Assembly: GCA_035693025.1 (NCBI GenBank)
Contig: DASSHI010000038.1
Coordinates: 41,416-105,415 of the forward strand
Reading direction: 5' to 3'
Length of the DNA stretch: 64,000 nt
Source: Solirubrobacterales bacterium
GTDB taxonomy: Bacteria; Actinomycetota; Thermoleophilia; Solirubrobacterales; 70-9
The notes below the pieces were generated by a model. It was not told where the DNA came from, made no database searches, and saw only the letters and a list, made by a program, of their open reading frames with translations. The position numbers and the translations under genes were made by a program. This document shows positions 37,295-43,775 of this stretch, piece after piece. Position 1 is the first letter of the stretch; the number at the start of each line of letters is the position of its first letter.

Positions 37295-37992
37295 TGCGCG
37301 GCCTCCGTCAACCGTGCGCGCTCGCGCTCGAGGAAGATGCTCGCTCGCTCGAAGGCGCCTTCCGCCTCTTCCTTGCCGAGGTAGGAGCCGGCGGCGAAGT
37401 GCATCAGCTCCGGCAATGCGTCCCAGACGCGGCCCGGGTCGCCGGCGCTGAGCGCCTCTGCGGCGCAGGACTCGATCCCCCCGACGACGAAGACGCCGGT
37501 CGCCTCGGGCGGCGCCTCGGCGGGATCGATGTCGGCGCGGACGCTGTCGATCGCGGCGGCGAGCCGCTCGACCGCGGCCTCGTGCCGGGCCAGCGCCGGC
37601 TCGCCGGCGATCTGCACCTCGACGAAGAGCGCCCGTGCGATCGCCGGGCGGGCGGTGACGAACTGGAAGAGGCGCACGATCGCGGCCTTTACGCCGCCCT
37701 CCCAGCCAGGAGTCGTGGCAGCGGCTTCCAACACGCTGACGCAGAGACGCTCGATCCAAACCGCGTAGGCCTGGGCGAAGCAGTCCTCCTTGCTGGCGAA
37801 GTCCTTGTAGAACTGGGCGCGGTGGCCGCCGCTGTGAGCGAGGATCGCCCGCACCGACGCCTCGCGGTAGCCGAGCTCCCCACAGGCGAGGAGGACTCCT
37901 TCCATCGCGCCCTCCCGCGCATCGCCCTCGGGCGCCCCGCTCGCTGCCAGCGAATCGACTCGATTCAGGGCTGCTGAGGCTTCCGATGCCAT
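37291..37992 (-). CDS. TetR/AcrR family regulator (type A)
   Basis: Internal ATG at 37992. HTH sequence GYREASVRAILAHSGGHRAQFYKDFASKEDCF. Confidence 0.75.
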   Translation of the reverse strand: MASEASAALNRVDSLAASGAPEGDAREGAMEGVLLACGELGYREASVRAILAHSGGHRAQFYKDFASKEDCFAQAYAVWIERLCVSVLEAAATTPGWEGGVKAAIVRLFQFVTARPAIARALFVEVQIAGEPALARHEAAVERLAAAIDSVRADIDPAEAPPEATGVFVVGGIESCAAEALSAGDPGRVWDALPELMHFAAGSYLGKEEAEGAFERASIFLERERARLTEAAQ

Positions 37993-38061
37993 GGGGCCTA
38001 TAAAAACTACTCCTTTTTTGCCAGATATGAAATCTTTCTCAAGTCGGCTACCCTCGGAGTC
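37993..38061. promoter_or_regulatory. AT-rich divergent control region between mirrored TetR pairs
   Basis: The 69-bp stretch CTATAAAAACTACTCCTTTTTTGCCAGATATGAAATCTTTCTCAAG is far below local GC content. It contains GAAA-TC-TTTC half-sites. Confidence 0.4.
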
Positions 38062-38715
38062 ATGCAGTACCTCTCGCAAAGACTGGCGAAGAAGCCGTCT
38101 CCGAAGCGGGGGAGGGCGGCGGAAGCGGGGCCCGCTTCGCCCCCGCAGCGCGAGCGCATCCTCGACGCCGTCGAGCTGCTGGTCGCCGAGCATGGCGCCA
38201 CCGGCGCCTCGATCGAAGCGATCGTCAAACAGGCGGGCGTCTCCTCGGTCACCTTCTATGAGTTCTTCGAGGGCAAGGAAGAGTGCTTCCTCGCCGCCTT
38301 CGACCGGGCGGTGGACGCGGCGGCCGAGGCACTCGGGGAAGCCGCGGCCGGGGACCCCGCTGGGGGCGGCCTCTCCTGGTCCGAACAGATCGCCACCGGC
38401 CTGCGAGCCCTGACGAAGCTGATCGCCACCCAGCCCGAGCGGGCGCATCTCTGTCTGGTCGAGGCGCAGACCGGCGGGCCCGAGCTGGCTCTGCGCTTCG
38501 AGGCGACGCTCGACCGGGTGGCGGCGAAGCTGCGCGAGGGCAGGGCGTTGCAGACCGCGCCGCCCGATCTGCCGACCACACACGAGGAGGCGACCGCCGG
38601 CGCGCTCGCCTGGTTGCTGCGCGAGCGACTCGAGACAGGGGACGCGGAGGGGCTGGAGAAGCTCTATCCCGAACTGATCGACATCGCCCTCGCCCCGTAC
38701 CTGGGAGATGGCTGA
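38062..38715 (+). CDS. TetR/AcrR family regulator (type A')
   Basis: RERILDAVELLVAEHGATGASIEAIVKQAGVSSVTFYEFFEGKEECF. Confidence 0.8.
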   Translation: MQYLSQRLAKKPSPKRGRAAEAGPASPPQRERILDAVELLVAEHGATGASIEAIVKQAGVSSVTFYEFFEGKEECFLAAFDRAVDAAAEALGEAAAGDPAGGGLSWSEQIATGLRALTKLIATQPERAHLCLVEAQTGGPELALRFEATLDRVAAKLREGRALQTAPPDLPTTHEEATAGALAWLLRERLETGDAEGLEKLYPELIDIALAPYLGDG

Positions 38716-39373
38716 GCGCGGCGCACAGGCAGGTGGGGCGGTTGCGGGGGGCGATCGCCTGCCACCCGGGCGCCACGGGCTGCCGCGCTCCTTCGTCGCC
38801 GAGAACCAGCGCGAGCGGCTGCTCAACGGCGTCGTCGAGGCGGTCGCCGAGCGGGGCTACAACGCGACGACGATCGCCGCAATCACCAAGGCGGCGAAGA
38901 TCTCGCGTCGCACCTTCTACGAGTACTTCGAGGGCAAGGAGGACTGCTTCGGTGCCGCCTACGAGATGATCGTGGCCCACATCCTCGACTCGATGCTGGC
39001 GGCCCCGGGAGCGGGGGAGGAGTGGCCCGAGCGCGTCCGCGCCCGCCTCGCCGCCCTGCTCGAGGTGCTCTCCCGTGACGAGGCGGTCACCCGCTGCTTC
39101 CTGGTCGAGCCACTCGCCGCAGGCGGCGAGGTGACGGGCCGCTACCGCGAGGCGATGGGCCTGCTCGCCGCAACCCTTCGCCCCGAGCCGCCGCCTTCCG
39201 AGCTGAACATTGAAGTCCGCGACCAGGCCCTCGTCGGCGGCATCGTCACGCTGATCGTCCGCCGCCTCAACTCCGGCGGCGCCGGCCGCCTCCCCGAGCT
39301 GCTCCCCGATCTCACCGAGCTCGCCCTCGCCCCCTTCATGGCCCGCCAGGAGGCCAAGCGACTCGCAGCCTAG
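38708..39373 (+). CDS. TetR/AcrR family regulator (type B', PPGRHG N-terminus)
   Basis: LPPGRHGLP...RLLNGVVEAVAERGYNATTIAAITKAAKISRRTFYEYF. 8-nt overlap with the upstream gene. Confidence 0.8.
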   Translation: MAERGAQAGGAVAGGDRLPPGRHGLPRSFVAENQRERLLNGVVEAVAERGYNATTIAAITKAAKISRRTFYEYFEGKEDCFGAAYEMIVAHILDSMLAAPGAGEEWPERVRARLAALLEVLSRDEAVTRCFLVEPLAAGGEVTGRYREAMGLLAATLRPEPPPSELNIEVRDQALVGGIVTLIVRRLNSGGAGRLPELLPDLTELALAPFMARQEAKRLAA

Positions 39374-39404
39374 AGCCGCAAACCTTCTAATCGAAAACTT
39401 CTCC

Positions 39405-39433
39405 TTGCATTTGTAAACTGTTTCTTTTACACT
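39405..39433 (+). promoter_or_regulatory. Sigma70-like promoter candidate
   Basis: TTGCAT-17 nt-TACACT in an AT-rich patch. This would give a leader of about 110 nt before the collagen-like gene. Confidence 0.4.
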
Positions 39434-39547
39434 GAGCCGCAGGCCGTTCCCCGAGGGGCGGACACAGGGAAAGAAACCGAGCTTCAGAGGGCCGCAGCAG
39501 GGAAGCGGCCGGCAGAGGGGCTCACGGGACAAGGAGAAGAGATTCGA

Positions 39548-40330
39548 ATGTCTTCGAGACTTCGCGAACCATTCGGCAAGGCCGGCCTGATCGTGGCGAT
39601 CGTCGCCCTCGTGGCGGCCCTCGTCGGCGGCGCCTACGCGGCGCAGGCCAGCCGCCACCACAAGAAGAGCAAGGTGCTGATCACCAAGCTCAACCAGATC
39701 AAGCCCAACGTGCAGAAGCAGCTCAAGGGCAACGCCGGCCCGCAGGGCCCCAAGGGCGACAACGGCTCCAACGGCTCGAACGGCTCGAACGGAGCCAAGG
39801 GCGACACCGGCGCCCAGGGTCCGCAGGGCATCCAGGGTCCCAAGGGCGACAAGGGCGACCCCGGCACCTTCAGCACCGAACCGCTGCCCACCGGGCAGTC
39901 CCTCTACGGGGCCCTCGGGACCTCCGGCGACGAAAACGACCTCTCGCTCGCCGCTATCTCCTTCCCGATCCTGGTCTCCCCGGCGCCGACGGCGCTGGTC
40001 GAAGAAGAAGGGCTGACCCACAAGATCGAAGATGGCGAAGCGAGCCTCTATCCGAATCCCGAACCGCTCACCGCCGAAGAAGAACAAGAAGACCTAGAAG
40101 CCTGGGAAAGCTTCTGCCCCGGCAACGTCGGCGAACCCAAGGCCGTAGCTAATGGGGCCGAAAGCATCCTCTGCATCTACGAAGCGCGAACCGGCTCGGT
40201 GAATGGTCCGGCGAGCTTCACCATGGTCTCGAAGGATGAAGCCGCAAACGAATTCGGTCTCGTGCTTCCTTACGGACTCACGACCGACACGTCCTCGGTG
40301 CGCGGCAGCTGGGCGGTGACCGCGGGCTGA
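39548..40330 (+). CDS. Membrane-anchored collagen-like (G-X-Y repeat) protein
   Basis: N-terminal TM anchor. 15 uninterrupted G-X-Y triplets (nt 39728-39865, GNAGPQGPKGDNGSNGSNGSNGAKGDTGAQGPQGIQGPKGDKGDPG). Unrecognised C-terminal domain of about 150 aa. Confidence 0.8.
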   Translation: MSSRLREPFGKAGLIVAIVALVAALVGGAYAAQASRHHKKSKVLITKLNQIKPNVQKQLKGNAGPQGPKGDNGSNGSNGSNGAKGDTGAQGPQGIQGPKGDKGDPGTFSTEPLPTGQSLYGALGTSGDENDLSLAAISFPILVSPAPTALVEEEGLTHKIEDGEASLYPNPEPLTAEEEQEDLEAWESFCPGNVGEPKAVANGAESILCIYEARTGSVNGPASFTMVSKDEAANEFGLVLPYGLTTDTSSVRGSWAVTAG

Positions 40331-40409
40331 TCGAGCCGTTCCCCTCCGGGCGCCGCAAGGCGCCCGGAGGGGGCGGGCTCTGTCCGGAGCCATTGGAGGG
40401 AGAGCGACG

Positions 40410-43400
40410 ATGCCACGACACACGAAGACAGCGATTGCGGCGCTCTGCGCCGCCCTGGCGCTCGGCGCCTTCGCCGCCGCCTCGAGCGCCGGCGCAGTCG
40501 AAATGCGCCTCTTCGAACCGGTCCTCTCGCTGACCGGCGACTGCTCGGTCTCTGCGGTCGACGAAGTCCCCGACCCCGGCTGCCCCGCCGGCCCCAACCC
40601 GGCCTCTTCCTTCGTCAGGCCCCGGGCAATTGCCACCGACCCCCACGGCGACGTCTACGTCGCCACCTACGGGGCGGCGGCAGAAGGAGAAGAAGGCGTG
40701 GTCGACGTCTTCGACAGCGGCGGCCATTTCATCACCGAAGTCCCCGACCCGCAGGGGCCGATCTCGGTCGCGGTCGACAGCAAGGGCTACCTCTACGTCT
40801 TCGACCGCCATGCCGGTTACGAAGCCGTCCATCGCTATGACCCCGAACCCTACGAACCCGAAGCCGACCCGCCGCAGATCGCCTACCCGGATCCGCCGAC
40901 GGCGGTGTCGGAAAACTTCGCGGGTGAGACCAACCTGGCGGTGAACCCCGAAGACCACCTGTTCATCGGCGACGGGGGGTACGTGGAAGAGTTGACCTCC
41001 GCCGAGGAAGGCAACGCCTTCGTCGAAAAGATCGGCCAGGGGGAAATTAACGGCAACGGCGTGGGCCTGGCGATCGACGCCGCCCACAACCGCCTCTACG
41101 TCAACGGCACGGAAGAAGGGACCAACAAACCGCTGATCCTGGCCTTTGAACTGGAAGCTCCCCATGCCCTGGTCCTGACGTTGGACGGCTCGACGACCCC
41201 GGCGACCAAATGGCACGGAGACTCGACCGTCGCCGTAGAAGAAGCGAGCGGCGACTTCTTCGTCTTCGACGGCGGGGAAAGATCGACCGAAAAGGTCTAT
41301 GAGTTCGAAGCCGACGGGACCTACCTGCGGGAGATCGAAAACAGGGGGGTCAAAAACAGCAACTTGGCGGCCAAGCTCACCGTCGACAACGGTGCCGCGA
41401 GCCCCAACCGCGGCTATCTGTACGTGCCTTTGGGCCAGTCAGGGATTGGCCACTCGCTGGCCTTCGCGCTCAGCAGCAAGTGCGCCCCCCAGGTGAAGTC
41501 CCTCGCCGCGGCCCGCCTCACCGACACCGAGGCCCATCTGCGCGCGACCGTCAACCCGTGCGGCGACGAGACCGCATGGCGGATCGAATACACGACCGAG
41601 GCGAGCTTCGGGGCCCACGGCTTCGAAGGCGCCCAACTGGCCGGCGCGGGCACCCTGGCGGCCTCCAAGGTCGACCAGCCGATCGCCGCCAGCCTCTCGG
41701 GCCTCGCCCCGGGGGGCGCCTACCGCTACCGCGTGGCGGTGAGCAACTCGGTCGCCGGGGCCGAAGCCGAAGGCCGCTTCACCACCTACCCGTCCCCGGT
41801 TCCCTGGGCGCCCTGCGCCAACGACGCCCTGCGCACCGGCCCCTCCGCGGCGCTGCCCGACTGCCGCGCTTATGAGCTCGTCACCCCGACGGACACCAAC
41901 GGCCACTCCCCGCTGGGCCTCGGCAGGCTCGGCCTCTACTTTCTGAGCACCCAGAGCTCCCCCGACGGCGAAAGGGTCTCCTTCCAGGTCCAGGGCGGCG
42001 CGCTCCCCGGATTCGAAGGCGCCGGCTGGCTCGCCGGGGACTCCTACCTGGCAAGCCGCGATCCGCAGGGCTGGAGCACCGCTCTCACCGGCCCCACGGG
42101 CGCGCAGTCGTCCGAACCGCTGCCCGGAAGCCCGTCCGCCGACCAGGGCTACTCGTACTGGGAGGCGCAGGGCGAAGGCAGCGCCGTGATCGGGGGCGAA
42201 GAAACCCGCTACGTGCGCTACCCCGACGGCCACTCGGCCCTCGCCGGGCGCGGCAGCCTCGGCGTCGACCCCCAGGCCAATGTCAAGCTGCTCGCGGAGG
42301 ACGGCGCCCATATCGTCTTCGTCACCAACCACGGCTCCACCCATCCCGCCCCGCCGATCCAGTTGGAGCCGAACGCGCCGCCCGAAGGCACCGCGGCTAT
42401 CTACGACCGCACCCCCGCCGAAGTCACCCACGTGGTCTCGCTGCTCCCGGGGAACGTCACCCCGGCCGCCGGCCAGGACGCCTACTACCAGGGCGCCTCC
42501 CTCGACGGGCGCGGCGTCACCTTCAAGCTCGGAGAAAACGGTCATCCGGACCCGCCGCTCTACCTCCGCTACAACGACGAAGAAACCTACGAGGTCGCCG
42601 ATGAAGGGACCTTCGCCGGAGTCGCCGAAGGCGGCGCCAGGGTCTTTTACCTCAGAGCAGGCGATCTCTACGCCTTCGACGTCAAATCGGGAGAAACGAT
42701 TCGGTTCACCGAATCGGGCGACGCGGTCGTCGTCGACGTCGCCGCCTCCGGCCGGGTCGTCTATTTCCTCTCCCCCTCGGTCCTCACCGCCGCGCCCAAC
42801 CCGCGAGGGTCGCTCGCCGCGCCGGGCGCAGAGAACCTCTACCGCTCCGCCGAAGGGCAGATCTCTTTTGTGGCGACCGTCACTAAAGAAGACGTCGAAG
42901 GCAACCCAGGAGAAGTCGACCCGGTCATCCTGGGGCGCTGGATCGGCGACGTGAGCGAAGGGAAGCTCGGCTACGACCCCTCGCGCACGACCCCCGACGG
43001 GCAGGTTCTGCTCTTCCAGTCGCGGGCGAACCTGACCGGCTATGACCCCGAAGGCCACGTCGAGATCTACCGCTACAGCGCCCCGGAGGGGAGCCTCTCC
43101 TGTCTCTCCTGCAACCCGACGGGGTCCCCGGCCCAGGGGGACGCCAGCCTGCAGTCGATCCCTTCCGGGCCCTTTTCCCCGGAGCCGCTGAACGGCTATG
43201 ACCTGGCGGGCAACCTGCGCTCGGGCGGCGATCGCGCCTTCTTCCAGAGCCCCGACCCACTCGTGCTCGGCGACACCGACGGCGTGCAGGACGTCTATGA
43301 GTGGGAGGCCCCGGGACTCGGCAGCTGCGAGGCCCCCGGCGGCTGCGTCTACCTGATCTCCTCGGGCCAGAGCGCCCACCCGAACTACCTCTTCGCGACC

Positions 43401-43775
43401 AGCGCCGATGGCCGCGACGTCTTCATCCGCGCCCCAGACCTACTGGTCCCGGCGCTCGACCCCGACGAAACGCCCTCGATCTATGACGCGCGCATCGAAG
43501 GCGGCTTTCCGCCGCCGCCCGCCCCCGCGGCGGAGTGCCTGGGCGAAGCCTGCCAGCCGGCTGCGCGCGCGCCGGGGGCCTCGACCCCCGCCAGCGCCGC
43601 CTTCCAGGGCCCCGGCAACGCCGCCGCCCTCCGCAAGCGCTGCCCGCGCGGCAAGCGGCGGGTAAAGCGCCACGGCCGCGCCGTGTGCCGCAGGCGCCAC
43701 CACCACCGCAAGCGCCACCGCCGCCACCGCCACCGGAGCCGCAGAGCCCACCACCGAGGGAGGAGCCACCGATGA
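40410..43775 (+). CDS. Giant secreted protein: NHL-type beta-propeller + FN3-like + TolB/PD40-like propeller + poly-basic tail
   Basis: Signal peptide. NHL-like blades (AIATDPHGDVYVA, VAVDSKGYLYVFD, LAVNPEDHLFIGD, LAIDAAHNRLYVN). PD40-like repeats (SPDGERVSFQ, EDGAHIVFVT, PDGQVLLFQS, ADGRDVFIRA). C-terminus CPRGKRRVKRHGRAVCRRRHHHRKRHRRHRHRSRRAHHRGRSHR. Confidence 0.8.
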   Translation: MPRHTKTAIAALCAALALGAFAAASSAGAVEMRLFEPVLSLTGDCSVSAVDEVPDPGCPAGPNPASSFVRPRAIATDPHGDVYVATYGAAAEGEEGVVDVFDSGGHFITEVPDPQGPISVAVDSKGYLYVFDRHAGYEAVHRYDPEPYEPEADPPQIAYPDPPTAVSENFAGETNLAVNPEDHLFIGDGGYVEELTSAEEGNAFVEKIGQGEINGNGVGLAIDAAHNRLYVNGTEEGTNKPLILAFELEAPHALVLTLDGSTTPATKWHGDSTVAVEEASGDFFVFDGGERSTEKVYEFEADGTYLREIENRGVKNSNLAAKLTVDNGAASPNRGYLYVPLGQSGIGHSLAFALSSKCAPQVKSLAAARLTDTEAHLRATVNPCGDETAWRIEYTTEASFGAHGFEGAQLAGAGTLAASKVDQPIAASLSGLAPGGAYRYRVAVSNSVAGAEAEGRFTTYPSPVPWAPCANDALRTGPSAALPDCRAYELVTPTDTNGHSPLGLGRLGLYFLSTQSSPDGERVSFQVQGGALPGFEGAGWLAGDSYLASRDPQGWSTALTGPTGAQSSEPLPGSPSADQGYSYWEAQGEGSAVIGGEETRYVRYPDGHSALAGRGSLGVDPQANVKLLAEDGAHIVFVTNHGSTHPAPPIQLEPNAPPEGTAAIYDRTPAEVTHVVSLLPGNVTPAAGQDAYYQGASLDGRGVTFKLGENGHPDPPLYLRYNDEETYEVADEGTFAGVAEGGARVFYLRAGDLYAFDVKSGETIRFTESGDAVVVDVAASGRVVYFLSPSVLTAAPNPRGSLAAPGAENLYRSAEGQISFVATVTKEDVEGNPGEVDPVILGRWIGDVSEGKLGYDPSRTTPDGQVLLFQSRANLTGYDPEGHVEIYRYSAPEGSLSCLSCNPTGSPAQGDASLQSIPSGPFSPEPLNGYDLAGNLRSGGDRAFFQSPDPLVLGDTDGVQDVYEWEAPGLGSCEAPGGCVYLISSGQSAHPNYLFATSADGRDVFIRAPDLLVPALDPDETPSIYDARIEGGFPPPPAPAAECLGEACQPAARAPGASTPASAAFQGPGNAAALRKRCPRGKRRVKRHGRAVCRRRHHHRKRHRRHRHRSRRAHHRGRSHR

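Noticed and set aside
39728-39865. A short-period nucleotide repeat that could be mistaken for a tandem repeat or CRISPR-like array.
   Set aside because: The period is 9 nt, it is in frame, and it encodes G-X-Y collagen triplets inside a well-supported CDS. There is no spacer/repeat structure.
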